Shown one piece after another: positions 1-13,193 of a DNA stretch of 64,000 bases. Source of the DNA: Podarcis tiliguerta (taxonomy: Eukaryota); the NCBI GenBank assembly GCA_965153285.1, contig OZ229129.1; one strand, given 5' to 3'. Within the stretch, counting starts at the first letter, position 1. Every line of letters begins with the position of its first letter. The translations under genes were made by a program, and so were the position numbers. The notes beneath the pieces were generated by a model, which was given only the letters and a program-made list of their open reading frames with translations, did not search any database and was not told where the DNA came from.

Positions 1-18
1 ACAGACAGCATCCCTTAC

Positions 19-144
19 CTGCATGAGTCGCTCCAACTGATAAAACTTGCAGTGCAAATCTTCAAAATTCTGTTTGAAAAGCTCCCTGAGTCCGTAGTCA
101 AACATGATTTTGACCAGAACACTAAACGCCTGTTCTTCAGGCAT
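19..144 (-). CDS. RABGAP1: RABGAP1 coding exon (~exon 16), MPEEQAFSVLVKIMFDYGLRELFKQNFEDLHCKFYQLERLMQ, 126 nt, phase 0->0
   Basis: Acceptor ctttgacag|ATG, donor CAG|gtaagg. Confidence 0.96.
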
Positions 145-1297
145 CTGTCAAAGACAAAGAACAAAACCGGCTGTCATTTTTAAAAGGGGGTGGGGTGTGG
201 GGTGGGGAGCTAAGCATGATAATCTAACTTCTTCCTTCAGTCTTTCCTACCAGTATGTTGAGAGAACCACCTTACTTTATTGGCAGCCAAACGTGGGCCA
301 CATTTACACCCTATTTTTAAAGCACTATACCTAGGGGTTGCCATATTTCAAAAAGTGAAAATCCAGACACAAAAGTTGCTTAGTTTTTTTTCTTCGTTGC
401 TAAACTTTTTTTGCCAGATCACAAAAAAGAAAGAAAAGAAAGAAAAGGACGTTTTTGAGCTACTTTTAAGGAAAATTTCCAAAATCTACACTTCCGACAT
501 GGAAGTCTGGATTTTCCTGGACATTTAAGCTATCCCACCCAGACACTGCTGGGGAATTTCGGATGCATGGCAGTCCTAACTATACCACTTTAAACATCCA
601 TTCTGGAAGCTACAGTTTGTTAGGGATGTCAAGAGCTATTAGAAGACCCCCATTTTTCTCACAGGGCTAAGGCTCCCAGAATAGTTTAACAATCAAGCCC
701 TCTTCCCAGGGAACTCTGAGAATTGTAGCTCTGGAAGGCAGGGTCTCCTAACAACTCTCACCTCCTTTAGCAAACCACAGCTTCCGTTATTACTTTGAGG
801 AAGCCATGACTGTTTAAAAGTGGTAAAGGTGTGCATTAAATGTATGGTGTGAATGTGGCCCTACTCTACTCCCACAAGGAAAAGGCAGGAGATTATTGCT
901 CATTCTTTCTGCCACCAATGAACCATAAACCACCACAGGTTGTGTGAGAGTATGACAGCAAGGGAAGGTTTAGCAGCAGTTCAGCAGAAAATGAGGAGTA
1001 AACTGATGGTGTCATATTTACTCTTAGGAACGCAAGAGCCCTGCATCTGGTATTAGGAGGCACCCTCCCTCCAACAGCGAAGGTGGAGCACAGCAATCAT
1101 GGCTAGAGCCCACTGGTAGCCTTATCCACACCATGCCAGTCTTAAGTGGGTATCCTTACCCAGGAAAAGTCTGTCATCTTCCCCTGCTCAAAAACTCACC
1201 CGGGGAATAAAGCTCCTGTTTTCCCACAGTAATGAAGGTTCATGTTCTGGGCCAGGTCAACTGGGCCTTTTACAAGTTGAGGGGGAATAGGTTTTTT

Positions 1298-1665
1298 AAA
1301 AAAGGTAAAGGATCTCTGGACAGTTAAGTCCAGTCAAAGGCAACTCTGGGGTTGCGGCGCTCATCTCGCTTATAGGCCGAGGGAGCCGGTGTTTGTCCAC
1401 AGGCAGCTTTCCAGGTTGTGTGGCCAGCAGGACTAAACCGCTTATGGTGCAACAGGACACTGTGATGGAAGCGAGAGCGCATGGAAACGCCATTTACCTT
1501 CCTGCCACAGCAATACCTATTTTATCTACTTGCACTGGCATGCTTTCGAACTGCTAGGTTGGCAGAAACTGGGACAAAGCCCGGTGACGTGGATCTGAAC
1601 TGCCGACTTTCCAATCAGCAAGCCCAAAGGCTCAGTGGTTTAGAGCACAGTGCCAATCACGTCCC
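1298..1665 (-). mobile_element. Sauria-type SINE
   Basis: Similar to the reverse complement of 20144-20504; aaaggtaaagg tail. Confidence 0.8.
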
Positions 1666-4600
1666 TACTGGGGGGGAAATAAAACTGCTGCAAAGAGGGA
1701 GTCTGTGGTGCTTTTGAAGAATGCACCAGGAAGGCTCATGCACACCTCATGAACATTTGAGAGGTGCACTCACGGAAGTCCAAGACCTCTATCCAAGGGC
1801 CTAGGAAAGCCACCCATTTTGAATGACATTTCCAGCTTCTGCTGCTCTGCAGGCTTCCCTCTCCTAAAGACAAGCAGGTATCACAATTCAAAGGCTTACA
1901 TCTCCGGAATGGGATTTAAGCTCTTAAAAACCCATCACAATCTTCCAAAAGCAACCTCAGAAGCAATTCTGAGATCCAATTTAAGCGCAATTTCATCTTC
2001 ATTTCTTACGAATTGCACAGCTAATGCCTGCTTTGCCTGTGGCGAGGCGAAGAACCGCTAAATTCATTATTCTGCGAGGTCTCAAGTTTTCACAGTGAAT
2101 ATTGGGAGCCGCTGTTCAATCACAACAAAACCACCCGTATGACTGGTGTTCAGAATATCTTTCTACAACTTTCTTGTGTCATTGGGGGGGGGGGGGAGAA
2201 ATACTTTCCTCTCAAACTGACAGGAAGTCTGGTTTTCAGGGACACACCAAGTCTCTTTATATTTAGTATGAGAAGATGGTACAGCCATCATTCAAATAAG
2301 CTGAAGGGTTGCTGGGGGCGGGGGGGGGGGATATTTAAAAAAAAAGGAAAAGGAGCCTGCTGTGGATCAGAACAACAAATGGGCCTGGAAGCTCTGCAGA
2401 GTGTCATTCAGTAACTGACAGCAGAGATAGCTAGTTTGAGGAAGTGGGGGGAGAGCAGAGAAAGAGAACCAACAACATGAATGTGGTTTAAAAATAACTT
2501 TTAGCAGCAGAAAGGGAATTAAGGGTGTCAGAGAGAAGTAACTGCAAAAAATGCTCAGCACTTCGGCATAAGCAACTGCTGGAGTGGGGTGGACAGCCGG
2601 GGAAATGAAGCGAGACAGGGCAGGAATCCCTGGTGGTATTCTGAGTTGGCTGTTTCCAAGGAGCAAGAGAAAACTCGCAACCAGTACCCGAAGGGGTCAT
2701 CCAGACAACTCCTTTTGAATAGATTGTCCAAGATTTCCCCGTGGTGGACTCTGCACAGACCGGTTAGCCCCTCAAAGGCCCACATAACCTCTGAGAGGGA
2801 AAGAAAAGACATTCAGCCTTGGGAGTAGGTGGTCATCTTAAACAACAAAGCCCGCCCCCCACCAGCTTTTATTTGACACCTGCAAGAGACTGCAGCCTCC
2901 CTTCAAGCCTTTCTACAAAGCTCATTCAGTCAAAGGCTACTGGTGTGATGTGGAAATCAGTCCACTCAGGCACCAGAAGAAATCTGTGGCCCAGAGCCCA
3001 AGCTGGTCCCAGGTAGACTTCGAACTGAGCAGCCTGGTAACCTGACTTGACTCCCCGACTGACAAAAGCAGGAAAAGAACATGCCACCCATCTTCCTGGT
3101 AAATGCACAGGACTTATGAAACTTGGACCTGTACCGAAATGCTGCACTGTGGAGTGCTTGTGCTCAGGGTGCCAACCAGCCAGCCATGCCCTTTGCCAGG
3201 ATACTCCATTCAAACACCAACAGATTTCCTGACTGCCCATCCTACTGTCAGGGACTGGGCAGAGGAGGAGGAGGAATAGTGGAAAACACCCCCTCAGCCT
3301 GAACCTTCCAGAGAAGAGGAAGACAGTAGAGATTTACAACAGTGGGTTGCAGGAGGTCACAGCTCAGAGGCTGCAGAAGGGAGAAGCTGGGAAATATTGG
3401 GAGAGGAACAGGAAGAAGCAGCAGCACCAGGGAAGAGGCAGCGGACAGACTCAGTGTTTTTAGAAAGCATTCCAGACCCCCCCTCCCAGAACCCGGTGGG
3501 CGTTGAAAGTAGGAGAACAGAAAGCTCAGAGGCAGAAAGCACAGACCAGCCAACGTAGGGATGGCATATAATGGGAGAGATGGAGGGGGTGGGGTTTCAC
3601 TCGAGCAACACCATTACTACAAGAGGCAGTTTTTCTAAGCTCTCTGTGAATATTGAATAAAAGACTTGGTAAGAACTCTTCTTGTTATCTATCCCTGGCA
3701 GCCTACCGTGGGGGGATCGGATTCCCTGGAGCCTGATACCTACCACCCAGATTCTGCAGCCACAGAGGATGCTCAGTCCTTATTGGGCTATTTTAAAAGT
3801 TTCTTTTCCCCCCACTATGTGTTTTTCCTTTTCCTACTTCTGCAAACCTTGGGCTGCTCCTCCCCACCAGCAAGCATTCTCCCTATCTCAATTTGGGCTG
3901 CAAATCTGCCCTAGCTCTGCAAACAAGTTCACTATTAGCATGTACGAAGAATGAAAAATTTCAGTTCTGTAACATCTCTAGAAGAGACAGCATCCACGTA
4001 TGGAGCAACTGTTTCTGGATGTGAGGAAGTTTTGGGATCTTCACAATGGATCCACCTGCATTACTGCTCAATAGCACAAAGAACAACAAGAAACCAACAG
4101 GCAGCCTGGATGGAGTTTGGATATGTTAACAACCTGATCCAACAGAGCTCTTCTATCTGTTCTTACATATAAATTATACGTACAATTAATTACATATACA
4201 TATAAATTACAGGATAAAATATTGTCCTTTTCTGATGATATAAAAATCACTAGACCTGCAGTGATTCATTGCTAGTTGTTGGTTAGGTAACTGCTGCAAC
4301 CTTTGGTTTGTGGGCAGATAAGAAGGCTTTAATGTATGTTTCAGCAAACAGCATCAAAGGCGATTTAGATAATTAAAAGGGGGAAAGGGAATGAAGGGTG
4401 ACATTACATTCAAGGAAACCAATACAAGACACAGAACATACATGGATGGGTCACATACCAGGGTCTTCTAAACTCTCGGGCACATTTGCCCATCCTACTG
4501 CCAGGTTCAAAGTGCTCACAGATTCTGATGAATTAAACAGGTCTAGGGCAAAGAGGGAGGCGGGGAAGGCAGAGCAACAGGTGTGCTGCAAAGGGAGATT

Positions 4601-4685
4601 GGATTGTGCCTGAGTGTTGCAGAGGACCTCCCACCCCACCCTTTGGAACCTTCTTGCACAGGGCCCTCTCTCAAGAGGAACTCAC

Positions 4686-4760
4686 ATGTAGAAGCAGCAC
4701 AGCAGCAAGGAATGACTGGCCCTGGCAGTAGCCAATCTCTTCATCGTAGACAGAATAGGC
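4686..4760 (-). CDS. RABGAP1: RABGAP1 coding exon (~exon 15), AYSVYDEEIGYCQGQSFLAAVLLLH, TBC glutamine finger (YxQ), 75 nt, phase 0->0
   Basis: Acceptor tcttctag|GCC, donor CAT|gtgagt. Confidence 0.96.
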
Positions 4761-4987
4761 CTAGAAGAAGAATCAGGAAACGGTCAAGACTTCAACAACA
4801 CAAGATACCCCACCTGAATGCTTGCTTGCTTGCTTTATAGCCTGCATTCCCTCCAAGGAGCTCATAGTTCTCCTCCCCACTTTATCCCCACAACAACCCT
4901 GTGAGGTAGGTTAGGTTGAGAGGAAGTGATTGGCCCAAGGGAACCTAGGGTGCCTCATGGCTGAGTGGGGGGGGGGGGTTTGAACCC

Positions 4988-6908
4988 TAGAATCATAGAA
5001 TCATAGAATCATAGAATCATAGAGTTGGAAGAGACCACAAGGGTCATCGAGTCCAACCCCCTGCCAAGCAGGAAACACCATCAGAGCACTCCTGACATAT
5101 GGTTGTCAAGCCTCTGCTTAAAGACCTCCAAAGAAGGAGACTCCACCACACTCCTTGGCAGCAAATTCCACTGTCGAACAGCTCTTACTGTCAGGAAGTT
5201 CTTCCTAATGTTTAGGTGGAATCTTCTTTCTTGTAGTTTGGATCCATTGCTCCGTGTCCGCTTCTCTGGAGCAGCAGAAAACAACCTTTCTCCCTCCTCT
5301 ATGTGACATCCTTTTATATATTTGAACATGGCTATCATATCACCCCTTAACCTCCTCTTCTCCAGGCTAAACATGCCCAGCTCCCTTAGCCGTTCCTCAT
5401 AAGGCATCGTTTCCAGGCCTTTGACCATTTTGGTTGCCCTCCTCTGGACACGTTCCAGTTTGTCAATGTCCTTCTTGAACTGTGGTGCCCAGAACTGGAC
5501 ACAGTACTCCAGGTGAGGTCTGACCAGAGCAGAATACAGTGGCACTATAACTTCCCTTGATCTAGACGCTATACTCCTATTGATGCAGCCCAGAATTGCA
5601 TTGGCTTTTTTAGCTGCCGCGTCACACTGTTGGCTCATGTCAAGTTTGTGGTCAACCAAGACTCCTAGATCCTTTTCACATGTACTGCTCTCAAGCCAGG
5701 TGTCACCCATCTTGTATTTGTGCCTCTCATTTTTTTTGCCCAAGTGCAATACTTTACATTTCTCCCTGTTAAAATTCATCTTGTTTGTTTTGGCCCAGTT
5801 CTCTAATCTGTCAAGGTCGTTTTGAAGTGTGATCCTGTCCTCTGGGGTGTTAGCCACCCCTCCCAGTTTGGTGTCATCTGCAAATTTGATCAGGATGCCC
5901 TTGAGTCCATCATCCAAGTCGTTGATAAAGATGTTGAATAAGACCGGGCCCAAGACAGAACCCTGTGGCACCCCACTAGTCACTCTTCTCCAGGATGAAG
6001 AGGAACCATTGATGAGCACCCTTTGGGTCCGGTCAGTAAGCCAGTTACAAATCCACTGAGTGGTAGCATAGTCAAGACCGCATTTTACCAGCTTCTTTAC
6101 AAGAATATCATGGGGCACCTTGTCAAATGCCTTGCTGAAATCAAGGTAGACTACATCCACTGCGTTCCCTTCATCTACCAGGCTTGTAATTCTGTCAAAA
6201 AATGAGATCAGGTTAGTCTGACATGACTTATTTTTCAGAAATCCATGCTGACTATTGGTGATCACAGCATTCCTTTCTAGGTGCTCACAGATTGTTTGCT
6301 TAATGATCTGCTCCAGAATCTTCCCTGGTATTGATGTCAGACTGACTGGGCGGTAATTATTTGGGTCCTCTCTTTTCCCCTTTTTGAAAATAGGGACAAC
6401 ATTTGCCCTCCTCCAGTCTGCCGGGACTTCGCCTGTTCTCCAGGAATTCTCAAAGATGATTGCCAGTGGTTCTGAGATCACATCTGCCAGTTCTTTTAAT
6501 ACTCTTGGATGCAGTTCATCTGGCCCTGGAGACTTGAATACATCTAAACTAGCCAAGTATTCTTGTACTATCTCCTTAGTTATTCTGGGCTGTGTTTTCT
6601 CTGCTGAATCATTTGCTCCAAATTCTTCAGGTCGGGCATTGTTTTCTTTATCGGAGAAGACTGAGGCAAAGAAGGCATTGAGGAGTTCAGCCCTTTCTGT
6701 GTCCCCTGTTTGCATTTCACCATCTTCTCCTCTGAGTGACCCCACTGTTTCTTTGTTCTTCCTTTTGCTACGAACATACCCATAAAAGCCTTTTTTGTTG
6801 TTTTTAACCTCTCTAGCAAGCCTGAGTTCATTCTGTGCTTTAGCTTTTCTGACTTTGTGTCTACACGTGCTGGCTATTTGTTTGAATTCCTCTTTGGTGG
6901 TTTCCCCC
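4988..6908 (-). mobile_element. 5'-truncated young CR1 LINE with open ORF2 reverse-transcriptase frame and (ATTCTATG)n tail
   Basis: ORF 5081..6745(-) has [35 protein letters not shown] and RPHLEYC; the frame stays open to about 6907; plus-strand (agaatcat)n at 4989-5020. Confidence 0.95.
5081..6907 (-). pseudogene. CR1 ORF2 C-terminal part (RT domain), no endonuclease domain or start codon
   Basis: About 600 uninterrupted codons, truncated at the element's 5' end. Confidence 0.9.
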
Positions 6909-8249
6909 CAGGTCTTAGTCTGACACTATAACCACTACACCACCACCACTGGCTTGGCCACAGCCACCCCTGCTCCATTCAAAACAGCTTCCCAGCTTCA
7001 GTGTGCATCTGTATATTATGGCATGCAGGCTGCTTGTTGTGCAGCAAGAGTGTTGCTGTGGCAGGGGGCAGGTTATGAAGGTCACCACCTTCTGGCTGAA
7101 AACAAGGGCTGCCTCCATCTCAGCCATCCAGAGAACCAACCTTGTGCCAATCGCACAATCTGTCTGCACGTGGAATAGCTTGCTTTGTCCCTCAGCACAG
7201 AAAGGGCTGACAAAGGGAACTTGGAGCAAGTCAGTGAAGGCTGCTAAGGAGGCAATCTGGGGAAAGGGGGCACTTATCCTGATCCTTATTCACAAGAGTC
7301 ACAAGAAAAGCGAAAGGTCTGCAGAGGCTCTGCCCACCAAAGCTTTGGGGCCTTTTGCAGGCAGGGAGCCCAGCACACCTAGCAAGAGGGGCATAATTTC
7401 ACCTTGATGGCATTTTAGAGAGAGAGAGTGGAAAGCTAAGTCCTGGGCTAGGGTCTTGGTTCACTGAGCTGCAAGGGTGGGGGGGAGGGGGGGCTGAAGC
7501 ATAAATGCACACCGTGGGGATCTGGCGTGAACATCCAACTCTCCCAAAATAAGCCAGAGCATGGTTGAGACCCGAAGTAGTAACACAAAAACAAATCTTT
7601 CAAGCTGCGCCTTTAAGTCTTTGATTTGAATATCAATTATACACAGGGAGCGGATAGGAAGCTGCTTGCTCCAGTCCTTGGTCCGCGTCCCACGCAGAGC
7701 TCATCCTTTCTAATGGTGTGCTTTGTCAGAGAGCTTAGGAGGTGGCCAGGAAGCCAAGCTGCTTTCCCAGGCCAAAGAGTCTCTGGAGGAGGAGCAGGCA
7801 GCAATGGCAGCTTTCTAAATGCCAGGTTCAAAGAGCCGGATCCTCCGGTCAAGCAAGGTAAAGGGATCAAACCAGAGTGCGGACATTTTTTATTTTAACC
7901 TGCTAATTGCCTCCCGCATTTTAATGAGTGGCTTGAATGTGTTTGTGGCTTGCCTTATAATGCAAATGAGGAGCTGAATAATCTTCCAGAGTGTTAGAGA
8001 GGAGCAAAGATCCTTTTGCCGAGACTTCCTTTGCTCTCTGCCACACGAAAAGAAATACAGCAGCCGCTCCAGTTGATGCAAGGAGCCCAGAAGATCTGGG
8101 AATGCACTTTGAGGCAAAAGGCTGATTTGCCCAGGCATCCACAAGCACAAACTTACCCACCTTGTGCCCTCTGGATAATTCTGGACTACAATCACAGTAA
8201 GGCTAAGTTAGCAGGCACAACAGGCAATATGTTTCAACAACCTTTTTGC

Positions 8250-8590
8250 TGGGGGTGTTTAGCCTGGAGAAGAGAATATCAAATATCTGAAGGGCTGCCA
8301 CATGGAAGACAAAATAAGCTTGTTTTCTGCTGCTCCAGAGGGTGGGACCCAAGACAATGAATTCTAATGACAAGAAATGAAATCCCAACCAAATGATAGG
8401 AAGAACTTTCTGATGGTAAGAGGTGTTTGACATGGAATAGGCTACCTCAGAAGGTGACAGATTCTCCCTCGATGGAGGTTTATAACCAGAGATTGGAAGG
8501 TCACCTGATGGTATTTAGCTGTGATACTTGTAATGCAGGAGGCTGGGCTAGAAGACCTTTGGGAATCCCAACCCCATAATTCTATTATTA
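8250..8590 (+). mobile_element. Old degenerate CR1 3' fragment
   Basis: tgtttagcctggagaagaga...aggaagaactttctgatggtaagag...ataattctat resembles a CR1 ORF2 end and 3'UTR. Confidence 0.7.
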
Positions 8591-8727
8591 ACACTACCAT
8601 CTCACACTTGGAGGTGCTTTCACGACGAAGAACCCAGGGCTAACCTGGCCTAGCACATTTATTCCCACAAGGAAGCTCCACCATCCTGGTCCACAAGTGA
8701 GCCAAGACAGCATCCCGGTCAGGGTAC

Positions 8728-8841
8728 CTTGCATATTTTGTAGAGGGAGTCCTGGCCATCGCCCCCAGTGTCCTTGAAGTAGTCATGGGCAGGGAACGTC
8801 CGGTTGATGTCGCGTGTGATGGCACTGTCCTGGGGAGACTC
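8728..8841 (-). CDS. RABGAP1: RABGAP1 coding exon (~exon 14), ESPQDSAITRDINRTFPAHDYFKDTGGDGQDSLYKICK, TBC arginine finger (IxxDxxR), 114 nt, phase 0->0
   Basis: Acceptor cttttcag|GAG, donor AAG|gtaccc; translated by hand. Confidence 0.96.
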
Positions 8842-10789
8842 CTGAAAAGCCAAGGAAAGAGAAATTGGGGGAGACTGTTAAGCCCCAGAATTATGGGTGT
8901 GGTTGCAGCTACAATAAGACGCTGGGGGCGGGGGCAGGAGCGTGAATCAGAGATAGCATTTTCCTATTTAAAAGTGAGAGGGCACATGTAAGAGAAAGGC
9001 ACTGTCAATTCACACTCTCATTAAGATTCTTCATTTCTACGTGAAAATCCAGTGCAGAGGAGGAATCTACAGGAGGCAAAGGGTGACCTTAAGCATTAGT
9101 AGGAGTCAAGGGGGAGAAAATAAAAGCTCAAGGTGCCAGATTCCCCCCTTTCTGGGTGCTATTCCAGCTCCAGAAACAGGCTACTCAGGCACCAGCTACT
9201 GAGGTTTCCTGGTCCTGCTTAGTGTCAAGATTTATGCAGACTACTCAATGGAACCAGTTGTGGGAGAAGGGGAGAAAAAAATCACCTTCCCTTGCAGAGT
9301 CAAGAGTGCCACATTTGAATCGATAAAAGAAAACAGACTCCCACTTCATGTGCATAGTTTATGGAAGGTTAACCAAGTTTCTTACCTCTTTCACCCAGGA
9401 AGTTGTAGGAACATAGGAGGGTGCCATACACTGAGTCAGATCATAGATCCATCTGGCTCAGTACTGACTGGCAGCAATGGCCCTGCAGAGTTTCAGGCAG
9501 GGATCTCCCTCAGTCAGGAATTGCAATGGAGATGCTCTTCCACTGAGCTATTCTCTCACCTCCCTCCCACTCCCCAGAGAGCATCCCACCAGTAATTATT
9601 ATCACTATTTATTAGATTTGTATACCGCCCTTCATCTGTAGATCTCAGAGTCGTTCACACACCTTGTACATTTTATACCATCCAACAACCTGTTATGTTT
9701 GCACGGTGAGCAGCTTCCACCATCAGATCTGCACGGATTCACACAGAGGCTCTAGTTTCACTGCAGACTCTCAAAGCCCAAAGCACAGCATTATTCTCCA
9801 GGTTCTGAGCCTGACAGGTGATGGGTGGTGACTACTTTGCACAAGCCGCCTGTCCTCCTTCTCCAACGGGCTCAGTTGGCACTTGCAGGCAGAGTCGTGG
9901 CCATTTCATTGAACTCAAAACTGCACTGGCCATAGCTACAAGAGCCACAATTGCAGAATTCTGACCAGAAAAACTCCCTACTTACTTTTTCTTCAAATGA
10001 AGCTTCTAGTCTTCCAAGGTTGCAGAAACAACATAGGCAACATTTGGTAAAATAACAGACCAGTGGGTCGTGTCAGCATAGGAAGCTTATACCTGGCTAA
10101 ACTGTTTGCCCCTCTAGACTAGTGCTGCTTACTCTGACTGGCAATAGCTCTCCAGGCAGCAGGAGAATTCCCCATCACTTATTACCTGACCCCTTTAGCT
10201 GGAAATGCAGGCAGCTGAATCAGGGATGTTTGCGCTTGAACTCTTCAAAACTCCCCCCTCCCCCCCCAAAAAAAACCCACTATAAGAAGAAAAATGAATT
10301 CTGCAAAAAATTCTGTGCAGACCTGCCAATCTGGTCCTGAACTTATTTATTTAAGGGTGCTTACAAATGTCCTGCTTGATGGGAAATCTGAACATGGTGG
10401 AAACCCGCCCCGCCCCCCAAGCATTATGCCTCCCTGGCCTTGCCAAATTAAAAACCAAACAATATTTGTGGACTTTCCGATACCCTGCTCTCAATTAACA
10501 CCCTAACAATGCAATTACTGTGTATCTGAGTCTTTAAGGTGGAGTTTGCTTGAAGCACAGAACCAGGTAAGCAAAGCTTGCAAAAGGACAACCACAGTTA
10601 CTGTCGACAATCTCCTATCCCCAATGTGTTACTTTAAGCAGAAGCGAATTGTGGAAGCTTTCGAATGGTACTGGCGGGCGGGGGCACGGAAAACCCCTCT
10701 AGAAAAAAGGTGTGATACTATTAAGTGAGACACCAACCTGTTCAGGGGGGTGAGTTTGAGATGACTGGGTTGCTGCGATTCATTTATTT

Positions 10790-11010
10790 ATTGCATTTAT
10801 CTTCCATTTTTTCCTCCATGGAGGACAAAGTGGTGTACACAGTTCTCCCCCTCTCCATTTCTCCCCCCCCCACCCTGTGAGATAGGTTAGGCTGAAAGAG
10901 GCAGTGCCCAGCCCCAAGGTCTCCCAGTGAGCTTCATGGCTGAGTGTGGGGCTTGAACCCTGGTCTCCCAGGTCCTAGTCTGCCACTGCAACCACTACAC
11001 AACATTGGGC
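10790..11010 (-). mobile_element. MIR-like (CORE) tRNA-derived SINE; other copies at about 4840-4987 plus 6905-6952(-), 12530-12735(+), 46035-46245(+), 58515-58720(-), 62770-62940(+)
   Basis: Shared motifs accctgtgag.taggttagg, cccaaggtcacccagtgagcttcatggctgag, gaaccctggtctcccagg and aaccactacac. Confidence 0.7.
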
Positions 11011-11683
11011 CATGGGTGTTATACGCAAGAGCGACATGCTTCTCTCTCCGAAATGTGTAGTGGCACCAAGACTTGGCCGAAGGATTTTGGAACCACTGCC
11101 CTTTTACTGGAACATTCTGTTTAGGGAGTGAAAGGAAGGGGGGTGGGAAATGTACGGAAATGATAACATTTTGAAATGTGTGTTTTGGTGGTACAAACAG
11201 AATGCAGTCACAGCTATTGTGTGAGACCCTTTTCCATCTCCTATTTTTATACCTTTCTGTGAAGAATGGATGTCTGGGTCATTTCTCAGGCTTCTGGTGT
11301 GGGAGTGGGGGCAAGGCAAAGGAAAGCGCATGGAAGTGTGCGCGCACACCCTGGGATTGAAAACAGATGGCGATAAATGGCAGGAAGAGGGCAGGAATGG
11401 CATAGGTGGGAGAGCAGAGCATTCTCCGCTGTGAGAATGGAGGGCGGCTGGCACCGGAGCCATCTCAGCAGTTTTCCAGGCACAGCCAGGCTCAGAAAGG
11501 TACCGTATATTGGGGGGGGGGGCAGAGGCTAAAAGAAGAGGGAGGGCCTAAGTAAGATGCATGTTATAATGCCAAATTATCTGAAACTGACTGCACGTGC
11601 ATCCAAATAAAAGAGGGAAATCTTCAAACAAAAATCATCCTCAACACATGTTTTCTCCAACAGTTCCTGTTCTTTGGCTATGG

Positions 11684-11984
11684 CATGGGTAGGCAAACTA
11701 AGGCCCAGGGGCCAGGATCCGTCCCGCGGACGGTCCGGCAATCAGCGTGTTTTTACATGAGTAGAATGTGTCCTTTCATTTAAAATGCATCTCTGGGTTA
11801 TTTGTGAGGCCTGCATGGTGTTTCTACATGAGTAGAATGTGTCCTTTTATTTAAAATGAATCTCTGGGTTATTTGTGGGGCATAGGAATTCATTCATATA
11901 TTTTTTTCAAAATACAGTCCAGCCCCCCACAAGGTCGGAGAGACTGTGGACCAGCTCCCTGCCGAAAAAGTTTGCCGACTCCTG
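11684..11984. mobile_element. hAT (Charlie/MER30-like) MITE with an internal duplication of about 70 bp
   Basis: TIR catgggtaggcaaact / agtttgccgactcctg; perfect 8-bp TSD ggctatgg at 11676-11683 and 11985-11992. Confidence 0.88.
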
Positions 11985-13143
11985 GGCTATGGCAAAGTAA
12001 ATGATGATGTATTTCTTCCAAGGGGCTCAAAATGGCAGGTAGGCTGGATTGCATCCCACCCGCTGGTCCCCAGATCCCATTGGTGCTGGGGCCCATTCAG
12101 CCAGGTCCCACCTTATTTCTGTGGTTTTAGGATCTCTTAAAGGACTTTTTAATATTGTGTTTCAATCATTGTCGCCTTGGGACTTTAAGAGCAGAGAGTG
12201 GGATAACAAGAATGCAGAGAAGGGAGGGCAAAAGTAAGTAGCTGGAGCCAAAACCAATGGCCAACTAATTCCAGTTTTATGCTCACCCTCTCCTCTGATG
12301 TCCCACACAGCTGGCTGTACCCCCCCTGGGATGCTTGTAAGAAGGCAAGTAGGCAGGCCCCCCAGTGCTGGCTGAGGGCACGCTGACGGTACCCCCATCA
12401 CCTTAATAGGGATACGACCCACCCTCAGAACAGTGCACCTGTATGGAAGGCAAAATTGAGAGAGCCTGACTAGCTTGCAATCACTCTGTGGGCTTCGTGA
12501 CAGAAACTGGGGGCCTAAACTGTGTGGTACTGTGTGGCGCTGTGGCTAGAGCGCCAGACTCTGATCTGGGCAACCAGAGTTCAAATCCCCACACTCGGCC
12601 ATGAAGGTGTGACCCTTGGCTAGTCATGCGCTCTCAGTCTAACCCACCTCACAGGGTTGTTGTGAGGATTAATAACGTGGGGGGTGGGGTTCCACCCTGC
12701 ACTCAGAGGAGAGGCAGGATATAAATCAAATAAATGAATGGTTAATGAAGCCTTAAATATGACTTATGGGGAGGAGGGAGGGCAAGGAAATTTCGTGGGA
12801 TTAATGGGTGGAAGCAGCAAGAGCAGAACTGGGTTCTTCACTACACAGGAGAATACTTGGGCCCCTTAGACCTTTGAGGAGCACAGCTTTGTAAGGATCC
12901 CCATTCCTTCTTGGAACAGCAGCCACCCAGAGATCAGCGCAAGACTGGCTTGACAGAGGAGAATGTGCATTCACCCAAAGCCAACTTACAGAAGTCACTG
13001 CAACACAGTGTGGTGGTCATGGGTATTGGCTTAGATCATAAGCAGCCAACGTGGCACTTTCCAGATGATAACTGAGCCGCATCCTTTGGAGGGCGCCACA
13101 TTGCCTACCCCTGTCTTAAACTGCTTTTTAATTTTGGAAAGGG

Positions 13144-13193
<50 letters not shown>
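13144..13193. repeat. (AAT)n microsatellite, tail of an L2-like fragment
   Basis: Direct reading. Confidence 0.9.

Noticed and set aside
186-207. G-quadruplex-like G tracts near the last exon
   Set aside because: G-rich only on the template strand, and poly-G runs are common throughout the window.
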